Assembly (NCBI GenBank): GCA_965202665.1
Contig: OZ241841.1
Location: 672,001 to 736,000 of the forward strand
Direction of reading: 5' to 3'
DNA: 64,000 nt
Source of the DNA: Candidatus Spongiisociaceae bacterium
GTDB lineage: Bacteria; Actinomycetota; Acidimicrobiia; Spongiisociales; Spongiisociaceae
Part shown: positions 9,586 to 19,351 of the stretch, piece by piece
Position numbering within the stretch: position 1 is the stretch's first letter
Layout of the letters: each line of letters begins with the position of its first letter
The notes under the pieces: generated by a model
The model's input: only the letters and a program-made list of their open reading frames with translations
What the model was told of the DNA's origin: nothing
Database searches by the model: none
Made by a program: the position numbers and the translations under genes

Positions 9586-10809
9586 ATGTTCGCGTTGGGC
9601 CTGCGGTGCGTGGAATGCGGCCGGGAAACCGACTTGGGCGGCCATTTCTTCGGTTGCGCGGGATGCGGCGGGGCCTTGGAAACCGTCTACGACTTGGCGG
9701 CGGCCGCGGCGGCGACCGACATCAATCAGTGGCGGGAACGTCCGGACCGTTCCATGTGGCGGTTCCGGGAGTTGCTGCCGGTGCGGGACCCGGCGGAGGC
9801 GGTCACCCTGGGGGAGGGCCGCACCCCCCTGTCCCCCCTCCCCCCGTCGGAGGGCAATCCGGTCTCCGGCCTGTGGGCGCAGAACGAAACGGTCAATCCC
9901 ACCTTCTCTTTCAAAGACCGCTTCCATTCGGCCTCCCTGTCCATGGCCCGCCAACTGGGCTACCGGCGGGTGGTGTGCTCCACCACCGGCAACCACGGGA
10001 TGAGCGCCGCCGCCTACGCGGCGCAGGCGGGAATGGAATGCGTAATCCTGGCGGACCCGCGGGCTCCGCTGGTGCAACGGCAGTGGATGCGGATGTTCGG
10101 GGCGCGGGTGATCGTCAAAATGAGCAGGCAGCCGCCGATGGAAAATTTCGCGCGCAACCACGGGTGGTATCCCTCCACCTACATGACCCCCAACCCGGCG
10201 GCCACCCCTTACGGCATGGAAGGCTACAAAACGATGGGCTACGACGCGGTGATGGCCCTGGAGCGGGTTCCGGATCATTTCATCGTTCCCATCGCCGCCG
10301 GGGACGGCCTCTACGGGCCGTGGAAGGCCTTCGGCGAAATGGCACGGCTGGGATGGACCGACTCGGTTCCCAAAATGCACGGGGTGCAACCGGCGGGGGC
10401 CAACCCGATCGTGCGGGCCTTCCGGGAAGGCTCCCATTCCGTCCCCTTCCTGGAAAACCCGGAGACGATCGCCCTGTCCATCGGCGACCCCACCGGCGGC
10501 CCGATGACTTTGCGGGCCATCCGGGATTCGGGCGGGCGGGCGGTGGACGTGACCGACGAGGAGATCAAGGCCGCCGTCCGTTACGCGGCCCGGCTGGGGC
10601 TCTGCCCGGAGCCGTCCTCGGCGGCGGCCATCGCCTGCGCCTGGAAACTGGCCGACCGGGGAGTGATCAAAGACGGGGAGAGCGCGGTGTGCCTGCTCAC
10701 CGGGGCCGGTCCCAAATGGCCGGAAACCACCGACCTGCTGCACGAGGGGGAGGAGTTGGCGGAACCGACCCCGGAGATCCTGGACCGCATCGCCCGGGGC
10801 GGGGAATGA
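9586..10809 (+). CDS. Threonine synthase-like fold-II PLP enzyme
   Basis: N-terminal CxxC...CxxC, TLGEGRTPL, NPTFSFKDR (PLP lysine), TTGNHG, EPSSA. Confidence 0.88.
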   Translation: MFALGLRCVECGRETDLGGHFFGCAGCGGALETVYDLAAAAAATDINQWRERPDRSMWRFRELLPVRDPAEAVTLGEGRTPLSPLPPSEGNPVSGLWAQNETVNPTFSFKDRFHSASLSMARQLGYRRVVCSTTGNHGMSAAAYAAQAGMECVILADPRAPLVQRQWMRMFGARVIVKMSRQPPMENFARNHGWYPSTYMTPNPAATPYGMEGYKTMGYDAVMALERVPDHFIVPIAAGDGLYGPWKAFGEMARLGWTDSVPKMHGVQPAGANPIVRAFREGSHSVPFLENPETIALSIGDPTGGPMTLRAIRDSGGRAVDVTDEEIKAAVRYAARLGLCPEPSSAAAIACAWKLADRGVIKDGESAVCLLTGAGPKWPETTDLLHEGEELAEPTPEILDRIARGGE

Positions 10810-12065
10810 GGGCCGCGGACGCCGTCCGGATCGACGCCGGGACGTTGATCCCCGGCCGGGGGGAGCCGTTCCGCCCCGGGAGCCTGCTGATGGAAAACGG
10901 GGTGATCGCCTACGCCGGGCCGGAGGCCGGGGCTCCGGAGTCCGCGGCGGGGCGGACTTTCCGGGTCCCGACCCTGATGCCCGGAATGTGGGACTGCCAC
11001 GCCCATTTTTTCGGAACCGAAGCCGCCGACCTGAACCTGCTGGCCCTCACTCCCCTGCCGGTGATGGCGGTGCGGGCGGCCCGCGACGCCGGGCGGGTGC
11101 TACAGGCCGGTTTCACCAGCGTGCGGGAGTTGGGCGGGGTGGGGGTGTACCTGGCCCGGCTGGTGGAGGAGGGGACGTTGGCCGGGCCCGACATTTACGC
11201 GGCGGGTGCCGCCCTGGGTCCCACCGGGGGGCACAGCGACCTGCATTGGATGCCGGAGCGATGGCGGGACGAAATGGCCCTGTCCGGCAAAGGGTGGGTG
11301 GCGGTGTGCGACGGAGTGGAGGAATGCATTAAACAGGTGCGGCGGCAGGTTCGGCTGGGGGCGCAGGTGATCAAAATCAACGCCACCGGGGGAACGATGA
11401 GCCAGACCGACCACCCCCGCCGCCGCCAGTTCAACGACAAGGAGCTGCGGGCCATAGTGGAGGAGGCGGCCTTGGCGGAGTTGGCGGTGGCCGCCCACTG
11501 CCACGGCCTGGCCGGGGTGGCGGCCGCCGCCCGGGCCGGGGTGACCACCATCGAACATTGCAGCACCCTGGACGAGCCCACCGCGGAGCTGCTCTTGGAG
11601 CGGGGGGTGATAATCGTCCCCACCCGGATGGCGGTGACCCATCTGCTGAGCCTGCGCGGGCAGATACCGGAGGCGGCCTGGCGCTCACAGGCGGAGGTGG
11701 CGGCCTCCCATACCAAGGCACTGCGTTTGGCGATAGAAGCCGGCCTCCCCATCGCCACTGGGGCGGACATCATGTGCTCCGGCGGTGAGTGGGGAAGCAA
11801 CGGGCGGGAGGCTGTGTTGCTGGCGGAGGCGGGAATGACCCCTCTGCAGGCCATCGAGGCGGCCACCGCCCGCGGCCCGGCCACCCTGGGCCCCCGCGCC
11901 CCCCGCACCGGCCTGCTGGAGCCGGGCTACGCGGCGGACGTAATAGCGGTGTCCGCCGACCCGCTGGCCGACATCAACCTTCTGGCCGACCCGGACAACA
12001 TAACCATGGTCTGGAAAGGCGGCCGCCTCCTAAAATCCCCCCACACCCCCGAAACCCATTTTTGA
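10806..12065 (+). CDS. Metal-dependent amidohydrolase (Xaa-Pro dipeptidase/imidazolonepropionase-like)
   Basis: MPGMWDCHAH, GFTSVRELG, IKINATGG, AAHCHG, TIEH, GAD. Confidence 0.9.
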   Translation: MRAADAVRIDAGTLIPGRGEPFRPGSLLMENGVIAYAGPEAGAPESAAGRTFRVPTLMPGMWDCHAHFFGTEAADLNLLALTPLPVMAVRAARDAGRVLQAGFTSVRELGGVGVYLARLVEEGTLAGPDIYAAGAALGPTGGHSDLHWMPERWRDEMALSGKGWVAVCDGVEECIKQVRRQVRLGAQVIKINATGGTMSQTDHPRRRQFNDKELRAIVEEAALAELAVAAHCHGLAGVAAAARAGVTTIEHCSTLDEPTAELLLERGVIIVPTRMAVTHLLSLRGQIPEAAWRSQAEVAASHTKALRLAIEAGLPIATGADIMCSGGEWGSNGREAVLLAEAGMTPLQAIEAATARGPATLGPRAPRTGLLEPGYAADVIAVSADPLADINLLADPDNITMVWKGGRLLKSPHTPETHF

Positions 12066-12120
12066 CCCAGCTTCGGTCAGCGGAGAGATCAAAACCGGCC
12101 GACCGCCAAGCGGGATGGGT

Positions 12121-13479
12121 TTAGTAGAGCTCCAGGTATTCGTTGGTTTCCCAGGGGGTTATTTCGTCGCCGCCTTCGGTTCCGCCGCCCTCTTCGGAAG
12201 CGAAGCGGCCCAACTCGTATCGGCGCACGGCTGACAGGACCGTTTTCAACTCCTCCCCGAAAAAGTCGGCGGAGGCCAAATCCGCTTCGAACCGGGCCAG
12301 CGCCTCCTCCAACGTGAGGGGCAGTTTGGGAAGCGACTCGTCCTCTTCGGCCGGTTGGCCCGCCCGGGAGGGAGGCTGGGGGTCCAAACCCTGTTCTATG
12401 CCGGCCAGCCCGGCGGACAGGACGGCCGCCGCCGCCAGATAGGGGTTGGACAGGCCGGAGGGGGAGCGGGTTTCTATCCGAGTGGTCTGCGGGGAGCCCG
12501 CTTTGACGCGCAACAGGGCGGAGCGGTCCTCCAACCCCCAGGAAATGTTGGTGGGGCTGAAAGTGTGGGTGCGGCGCCGGCGCCGGCAGTTGACGGTGGG
12601 GGCCAACAGGGCGTCGATGGAGTTGGCGTATTTGAGCAGGCCGGCCGCGAACCGCAGGCCGGTTTCGCTCAGGCCCTGCGGATGGCCGGGGTCGCCCATC
12701 ACGTTGTCCCCGCTCTCCGCATCCAGAAGCGACATGTGAATGTGGCATCCGCTCCCCGACTGGCCGCCGAACGGCTTGGTCATGAAAGTGGCCAAATAGC
12801 CGTCCTGATGGGCCATCTGCTTCACCCCGTTTTTGAAGGTGAAAGCGTTGTCGGGACCGGCCATGCCCCGGCCGGGGGCGTAGTTGATCTCCCACTGCGA
12901 GCCGGAGTATTCGCAGTTGGCGGTAATGATGTCCACCCCCATCTCCGGCATCAGATCCATTATCCGGGTGATGGTCGGCGCCCACTCGTTGCGCACCACG
13001 TTGAAAATGTGGTATCCCTCGAACAGTTGCTCCCGGGTCTGCCCGTCCAACAGGTAGAACTCGTATTCGCAACCGGTAAGCGGTTCGAAACCCATAGCCC
13101 GGGCCCGCTCCAGCGCCCGGCGGAACACGGCCCGGGGGGTGGCTTCCAGGACGGAGCCGTCGTACCAGCGGGCGTCGCAGATGAGGCGGGCCGAGCCGGG
13201 CGACCAAGGAACCAGCGAAGCCGTGTCCGGGTCGGGGAACAGCAGGCAGTCCCCGTATCCCGCCTCTTCGTTGTAGAGGCTGCCCCCCACCACATCGGAA
13301 CGGGTGTCCAGCACCGCCGTGCCCCCGTAGAAGTTGAGGCCGTGGCTGGCGTAGTGGCGGGCCGCCGACAGCGGAATCAGTTTGGTGCGGGAAGTGCCGT
13401 GCAAATCCGGCATCTCAAAACGCACCCGCTTGATCCCCGCCCCCTCCCACTGGTCGAATATGGCATCCAGTTGCGACAC
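12121..13479 (-). CDS. Glutamine synthetase family protein (second gamma-glutamyl ligase-like)
   Basis: DLHGTSRTK, CEYEFY, SQWEIN, ATFMTKP, GSGCHIHMS, IETR...NPYL; GTG 13479 follows AAGGAGGG. Confidence 0.9.
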   Translation of the reverse strand: MSQLDAIFDQWEGAGIKRVRFEMPDLHGTSRTKLIPLSAARHYASHGLNFYGGTAVLDTRSDVVGGSLYNEEAGYGDCLLFPDPDTASLVPWSPGSARLICDARWYDGSVLEATPRAVFRRALERARAMGFEPLTGCEYEFYLLDGQTREQLFEGYHIFNVVRNEWAPTITRIMDLMPEMGVDIITANCEYSGSQWEINYAPGRGMAGPDNAFTFKNGVKQMAHQDGYLATFMTKPFGGQSGSGCHIHMSLLDAESGDNVMGDPGHPQGLSETGLRFAAGLLKYANSIDALLAPTVNCRRRRRTHTFSPTNISWGLEDRSALLRVKAGSPQTTRIETRSPSGLSNPYLAAAAVLSAGLAGIEQGLDPQPPSRAGQPAEEDESLPKLPLTLEEALARFEADLASADFFGEELKTVLSAVRRYELGRFASEEGGGTEGGDEITPWETNEYLELY

Positions 13480-13577
13480 CGAACCCTCCTTTACCGGTCG
13501 ATTGCCCCAAACCTTAACTATAGCCGATGGCCGACCGCGCCGGGCGGCTATAGTCCGACTACGGAAAGGAACGGACA

Positions 13578-14921
13578 CTGAGCGAATCGGCTGTTTTTTA
13601 CCGCAGTCCGGGGGACGACTACCCGACCATCGTGCGCGGGTCGGGGGTCTACCTGTGGGATGCGGACGGCAAACAATACTTGGACTTGTCCAGCGGCCTG
13701 TCCTCCACCGCCGGGATCGGCCACGGCCGGGCCGACATTGCGGACGCCATGGCCGGCCAGGCCGCCCGGCTGTCGTTCGTGCACAACGCCAAATTGACCA
13801 ACGACCGGCAGGAGGAGTTGGCCCGGCGGCTGGCGGACCTGTCGCCGGAGGGAGTGGGCAAGGTGATGTTCACCTCCGGGGGTTCGGAGGCCAACGAGCT
13901 GTCGTTGCGCATCGCCCGCCAGTACCATTTGGCCCGGGGGGAATGGGAGCGCACGCGGGTGGTTTCCCTGGCCCCCGGCTACCATGGGGCCACCGCCGGG
14001 GCCATGGCCATGACCGGACGGTGGGACATCAGCCGCTCCTACGAACCTCATCTGGTGCCCGCCGTCAAAGTCCCGGCTCCCGTCAGTTTCCGAGGGCCTT
14101 TCGCCGGCCTGGCCGGAGAGGAGTTGGCGGACCGGGCGGCGGGGGCGGTGCGGGACGCCATCGAAGCGGCCGGCCCGCATACGGTGTCCGCTTTCATCGG
14201 GGAACCCGTTTCCCCTTCGGCGGGAATGGCCGTCCCGCCCGCCGGCTACTGGAAACGCATCCGGGAAATATGCGACCGGTACGGAATACTGTTCATCGCC
14301 GACGAGGTCATCACCGGAGCGGGACGCACCGGCCGCTTCCTGGCCATGGAGCATTTCGAGACCGTCCCCGATTTGACCAACCTGGCCAAAGGGCTGAGCG
14401 GCGGTTACGTTCCGCTGGGGGCCACCCTTATCCGGGAGGAGGTGGCGGAGGCGGTCGCCGTCCAGAACCGGTGCCTGGCGGAGGTGCACACTTTCAGCGG
14501 GGCCCCCATTTCCTGCGCCACCGGGCTGGCGGTGTTGGACGCCATAGAAAACGAAGGCTTAGTGGAAGCGGCGGAGAAAAAAGGGTTCTTTCTGCGCTCG
14601 CTGCTGGAGGAAGAGTTGGGGGAGTTGCCCATCGCGGGCGAGATTCGGGGCTTGGGCCTGATGGCGATGGTGGAATACGTCCGCTCCCGGGACACGCGGG
14701 AAAAACTCCCCCCGGAGTGGGGGGCGGCCTCCGCGCTGTGGGACGAAACGTTCCGGCGGGGGGTGATCGCCCCCACCCTGGGAATGTCGAGCGCCCTGGT
14801 AGGCGAATGCACCGCCTTCTACCCCGCCCTGACCATCGCCGAACGCGAACTGGAACAGGGCGTAGCCGTGCTGCGCTCCGTCCTGGAAGAACAATGCGCC
14901 AAATGGGGAATCAAGGCATAA
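13578..14921 (+). CDS. Class III PLP aminotransferase (third copy), probable CTG start
   Basis: GKQYLD, GYHG, FIADEVITGAGRTG, AKGLSGGYVPLGA; homologous N-terminus extends upstream of the GTG at 13632. Confidence 0.9.
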   Translation: MSESAVFYRSPGDDYPTIVRGSGVYLWDADGKQYLDLSSGLSSTAGIGHGRADIADAMAGQAARLSFVHNAKLTNDRQEELARRLADLSPEGVGKVMFTSGGSEANELSLRIARQYHLARGEWERTRVVSLAPGYHGATAGAMAMTGRWDISRSYEPHLVPAVKVPAPVSFRGPFAGLAGEELADRAAGAVRDAIEAAGPHTVSAFIGEPVSPSAGMAVPPAGYWKRIREICDRYGILFIADEVITGAGRTGRFLAMEHFETVPDLTNLAKGLSGGYVPLGATLIREEVAEAVAVQNRCLAEVHTFSGAPISCATGLAVLDAIENEGLVEAAEKKGFFLRSLLEEELGELPIAGEIRGLGLMAMVEYVRSRDTREKLPPEWGAASALWDETFRRGVIAPTLGMSSALVGECTAFYPALTIAERELEQGVAVLRSVLEEQCAKWGIKA

Positions 14922-14957
14922 ACGGCCGGCAACTGCGCCTGGATCTGAGGATTGGTT

Positions 14958-16133
14958 ATGGCTTATGACGCGATTGTAATCGGGGCCGGGTTGCCCGGGT
15001 TGCTGGCCGCTTGGCGGCTGGCGGAAGGCGGGTTTGCAACGGCGGTGGCCGAACGGCGGTGGACGGCCTCCGGCTCCAGTTCTTTGGCGGCCGGGCACGT
15101 GCCGCAGGATTCCACCTCCCCGGCCAACCTGGCCATTCTGCGGAGAACGAAAGCGGTGGTGGAGGAACTGGAACACCGCACCGGGGGGATGGTCCGCTTC
15201 GCCTCCGTGGGGGGAATCGGGTTGTCCACCTCCCCCGACGGAGCCCGCCTCTTCCGGGAAAGGGCCGCCCTGGCCGCCCGGCTGGGAACAGCCGGGGAAT
15301 GCTTGGAACCGGGGGAAGTCGCCGCCCGCTGGCCGGAGTTGAACGCGGAGGGGCTGACCGGCGGTTATTACACGGCCGGGGACGGGTTGGTGCGCTCCCA
15401 GCCTCTGGCGGCCGCCCTGGCCGCGGCCGCCGCCCAAGCCGGGGCGGAAATCTGGGAGGGGTGCCCGGTGGAATCGGTGCGGGTGGAAGGGGATCGGGTG
15501 ACCGGAGTGGCAATAGGGGGCGAAAAGGTGGCCGCCCGGCGGGCGCTGGTGGCGGCCGGGGCCTGGTCGGCCCCCCTCTTGGCGGCGAGCGGCCTGCGCC
15601 TCCCCGTCCGCACTTTCACGCTGACCGCGGCCTTCCTGGCCGGCGCGCCGACCGACCTGCCTTTCCTGTTCGAAATGGAGGCCGGGTTCTACGCCCTCCG
15701 GCGCTCGCCCCGCACCCTGTTGCTGGGCCTGCCCCCCGCCGATTTGGACGCCGACACGGAAAACTTCTCCCCCGACCCGGACCCGGCCGAGGCGAACCGC
15801 TTCCTGGAGATGTTGCGACGCCGGGTCCCCGCCCTGCGGTCGGCGACGATCGCCGGGGGCTGGACGGGAATCCTGACCGCCACCCCCGACGCCTGGCCCC
15901 TGTTGGGCCGGTTCGGACCCGACGGGATGTTTTTGGCGACCGGGTTCGGCGGGGGCGGGTTGCAGCGGATGGCGGCCGCCGAAGCGGTGGCGCAACTGAT
16001 GCTGGGCCGGGAACCCTTCTACGACCTTTCCGCCGGGGAGGCCCTCCGCTTCGACGGTTACCAAGGCGAGCCCTTCTCTTTCCGGGAAGGCCCCTTCTAC
16101 TACGGGGAAACCGGCGCAGCCCAACTCTGGTAG
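14958..16133 (+). CDS. FAD-dependent oxidoreductase, DAO / sarcosine oxidase beta family
   Basis: YDAIVIGAGLPG dinucleotide motif, VAAGAWS, TPDAWPLLG, ATGFGGGG. Confidence 0.88.
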   Translation: MAYDAIVIGAGLPGLLAAWRLAEGGFATAVAERRWTASGSSSLAAGHVPQDSTSPANLAILRRTKAVVEELEHRTGGMVRFASVGGIGLSTSPDGARLFRERAALAARLGTAGECLEPGEVAARWPELNAEGLTGGYYTAGDGLVRSQPLAAALAAAAAQAGAEIWEGCPVESVRVEGDRVTGVAIGGEKVAARRALVAAGAWSAPLLAASGLRLPVRTFTLTAAFLAGAPTDLPFLFEMEAGFYALRRSPRTLLLGLPPADLDADTENFSPDPDPAEANRFLEMLRRRVPALRSATIAGGWTGILTATPDAWPLLGRFGPDGMFLATGFGGGGLQRMAAAEAVAQLMLGREPFYDLSAGEALRFDGYQGEPFSFREGPFYYGETGAAQLW

Positions 16134-16150
16134 GCCACCGGCCCGGCAAG

Positions 16151-17134
16151 TCAGGAAAGTTCCCCTCCGGCCAGGATTTCGGCCAAAACGGACGGGTCCG
16201 CGTTTCCGCCCGAAACTAGGGCCAGGACCGCCCCCGGATGGGAGACCTTGCCGGAAAGGAAAGCGGCCGCCGCCACCGCCCCGCCCGGTTCGGCCAGGAT
16301 TTTGACCCGGAACAGCAGGATGCGCACCGCATGGGCGATTTCTTCTTCGCTCACCAGCACAATGTCGTCCAAAAAGGCCTGCAGATGGCGGAAGGGAATG
16401 GTTCCGGGGCGGGGACCGGTGAGGGCGTCGGCCATGGTTTCCACCCGCGGGATGGAAGTGGGCTCGCCCGCCCGCCAGGACACATAGGCCGCGTTGGCGC
16501 CCTCCGGTTGCACCCCGATCACTTTCACGCCGGGGCGGGCCGTTTTGACCGCGGTCGCTATCCCGGCCGCCAAACCCCCGCTGGAAACGGGAACCAGGAT
16601 GGTCCCGGCCCGCGGGGCCTGCTCCATCATTTCCAGGCCGATGGTTCCGTGGCCGGCGATGGCCTGCGGGGATTCGAAAGTGTCCAAGGCCGACATTCCC
16701 CGTTCGGCGGCCACCCGCCGCACGGTGGGCATGCGGGCGGCGAAAGAGTCGCACATCACCACCTCCGCCCCGTAACGGGCGGCGGCCGCCACTTTCACCG
16801 GAGCGGTGTATTCCGGCATCACCACCGCCGTGGGAACCCCGGCGACCGTCCCCGCATAGGCGAAAGCCTGGGCGAAGTTGCCGGAGGAGGCCATTACGAT
16901 CCCCCGCTCCCGCCGCTCCCCCTCCAAGCCGCCGACGATGTGAAAGGCGGCCCGGGCCTTGTAGGAGCCGGTCACCTGCAGGTTCTCGCATTTGACCAGC
17001 AACCGTTCCGACCCCGCCTCCTGCGGGTCGCGGGCAACCGGCAAAACGGGGGTGAGGCGCACCTGCGTGGGCGCCCCGGCCCGGGCTTCCCCGATTTCCC
17101 GGGCGGTCACCAAACGGTCGGGGTTGTCTTCCAT
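16151..17134 (-). CDS. Serine/threonine dehydratase (or serine racemase)-family PLP enzyme
   Basis: KCENLQVTGSYKARAA, SSGNFAQA, GHGTIGLE, AEPGGA, VSGGN. Confidence 0.9.
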   Translation of the reverse strand: MEDNPDRLVTAREIGEARAGAPTQVRLTPVLPVARDPQEAGSERLLVKCENLQVTGSYKARAAFHIVGGLEGERRERGIVMASSGNFAQAFAYAGTVAGVPTAVVMPEYTAPVKVAAAARYGAEVVMCDSFAARMPTVRRVAAERGMSALDTFESPQAIAGHGTIGLEMMEQAPRAGTILVPVSSGGLAAGIATAVKTARPGVKVIGVQPEGANAAYVSWRAGEPTSIPRVETMADALTGPRPGTIPFRHLQAFLDDIVLVSEEEIAHAVRILLFRVKILAEPGGAVAAAAFLSGKVSHPGAVLALVSGGNADPSVLAEILAGGELS

Positions 17135-17248
17135 GCCGGCCAGCGTACTCCGCCCGCGCGCAACGGGAGGGTGTTACGGCGTCGGAGACGGGGCGGGTAT
17201 AATCGGATGACGGAAATCAACCGAGGAGCGCCTTTGTCCGGCGGCGAC

Positions 17249-19351
17249 ATGAGCGATATAAGAGTCGGCGTCGACATCGGCGGCACTTTCACCGACCTGA
17301 TGCTGATCGATAGCGGGGGGCGGGTGGAGATCGGCAAAACTTTGACCACCGCCGACCCGTCGCAGGGGGTGGAACAGGTCCTGGTGGAGGTTCTGCAGCG
17401 GATCGGGCGAGGCGGGGAGGCGGTGCGCAACGTAGTCCACGGCACCACCCTGGTCACCAACGCCATCATCGAACGCAAAGGGGCCCGCACCGCCCTGATC
17501 GCCACCGCCGGATTCCGGGATTCGGTGGAAATCGGGCGGGAGCACCGCTACGACCTGTACGACTTGATGCTGGAGCATCCCGCCCCCCTGGTCCCCCGCC
17601 ATCTGCGATTCGAAGTTCCGGAAAGGACCCTGGCCGACGGAACCCATCTCATACCGCTGGACGAGGCCCACACCGCCCGGCTGGCGGCAGAGTTGGACGA
17701 GGCGGGGGTGGAGGCGGCGGCGGTTTGTTTCCTGCATTCCTACACCAACCCCGATTCGGAAAACCGGGCCCGCAAAGTGTTCAACGAGGCCGCCCCCCGC
17801 CTGCGGGTTTCCCTCTCCTCGGAGGCGGCCCCGGAGCTGGGGGAGTTCGCCCGGGCCTCCACCACCATCGCCAACGTGTACGTGCAGCCCCTGGTGGAAC
17901 GTTACCTGACCGAACTGCAGTCCCGCCTGGCCCGCCTGGGAGTAGGCGGCCAACTGCTGGTGATGCTGTCCGGGGGCGGGGTGGCCGCCCCCTCCACTTG
18001 CATCCAACACCCGATCCGCATGCTGGAATCCGGCCCGGCGGCCGGGGCTTTGGCGGCGGCCGGAATCGGGGAGGCCAACGGTCGGGGGGCTATGCTCTCC
18101 TTCGACATGGGGGGCACCACCGCCAAGCTGTCGGTGGTGGAGGGGGGGAGCCCGCTCATCGCCAACGAATTCGAGGTGGACCGCCGCTACCGGTTCAAAA
18201 AAGGGTCGGGCCTGCCCATCAAAGCCCCGGTGATTGAAATGATCGAGATCGGGGCGGGCGGGGGTTCCATCGCCCGGGTGGACTCCCTGGGCCTGCTCAA
18301 GGCGGGTCCCGACTCGTCGGGGGCCGATCCGGGGCCGGCCTGCTACGGACGGGGCGGGCGCCTGCCCACCGTCACCGACGCCGACTTGGCCCTGGGCTAC
18401 CTGGATCCGGATTTTTTCCTGGGCGGGGCGCTGCGGTTGGACAAAGGGGCCGCCGAAGAGGCGCTGCGCGCCGAAATCGCCGAGCCGATGGGCGTTTCGG
18501 TAGCCGAAGCCGCCTTCGGGGTGTGCCGGGTGGTGGACGAGAACATGGCCAACGCCGCCCGGGTGCACGTCATCGAACGGGGCAAAAACCCGCTCGCCCT
18601 GGGGGTGATCGCCTTCGGGGGGGCGGGGCCGGTGCACGGCTACCGGGTGGCGGAACTGCTGGGATGTTCGGAGCTGATCCTCCCCTACGGGGCGGGGGTG
18701 GCTTCGGCCATGGGGCTGCTGGCCGCTCCCGCCGCCTTCGACTTCGTGCGCCCCCATTACGGGCGGTTGGACGAGCTGGACTGGGAGCGGGTGACCGCCC
18801 TGTTGGAGGAGATGGAGGCGCAGGGGGCGGGCCTGTTGGCCGAATCGGGGGCCGGACCGGACCAGATCACCCACGCCCGTTCGGCGGACATCCGCTACGT
18901 GGGGCAGGGCCATCACATCAGCGTGCCCGTTCCGGGCGGGGCGTTGACCGCCGGCCATCGCCCGGCCATCGCCGCCGACTTCGACCGCATCTACCAAAAC
19001 CTGTACGGGCGGGAGGGGCCGCCGGTGGAACTGGAGGCCCTCAGTTGGCGGGTGACCAGCCGGGGCCCCCGCCCGGATCTGCCCGCCATGGGGGGCGGTT
19101 CCCCCGCCGGCCCGGACGCGGCCCGCAAAGGGGAGCGCCCCGCCTATTTCGCCTCCCCGGACCATCCGGCGGGCGGCTTCGTCCCCACCCCGGTCTACGA
19201 CCGCTACCGGCTGGGACCGGGGGCGGAGATCCGCGGACCGGCCATCATCGAAGAACGGGAATCCACGGCGGTGATCGGGCCGGGGGGGCGGGTGCGGGTG
19301 AACGGGCGCCTGGACCTGGTGGCGGAAGTGGGCGGCGGGGGGCGGGAATGA
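17249..19351 (+). CDS. Hydantoinase/5-oxoprolinase subunit A (HyuA-like)
   Basis: GVDIGGTFTD, HGTTLVTNA, ESGPAAG, DMGGTT, IGAGGGSIA, TVTDA. Confidence 0.93.
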   Translation: MSDIRVGVDIGGTFTDLMLIDSGGRVEIGKTLTTADPSQGVEQVLVEVLQRIGRGGEAVRNVVHGTTLVTNAIIERKGARTALIATAGFRDSVEIGREHRYDLYDLMLEHPAPLVPRHLRFEVPERTLADGTHLIPLDEAHTARLAAELDEAGVEAAAVCFLHSYTNPDSENRARKVFNEAAPRLRVSLSSEAAPELGEFARASTTIANVYVQPLVERYLTELQSRLARLGVGGQLLVMLSGGGVAAPSTCIQHPIRMLESGPAAGALAAAGIGEANGRGAMLSFDMGGTTAKLSVVEGGSPLIANEFEVDRRYRFKKGSGLPIKAPVIEMIEIGAGGGSIARVDSLGLLKAGPDSSGADPGPACYGRGGRLPTVTDADLALGYLDPDFFLGGALRLDKGAAEEALRAEIAEPMGVSVAEAAFGVCRVVDENMANAARVHVIERGKNPLALGVIAFGGAGPVHGYRVAELLGCSELILPYGAGVASAMGLLAAPAAFDFVRPHYGRLDELDWERVTALLEEMEAQGAGLLAESGAGPDQITHARSADIRYVGQGHHISVPVPGGALTAGHRPAIAADFDRIYQNLYGREGPPVELEALSWRVTSRGPRPDLPAMGGGSPAGPDAARKGERPAYFASPDHPAGGFVPTPVYDRYRLGPGAEIRGPAIIEERESTAVIGPGGRVRVNGRLDLVAEVGGGGRE

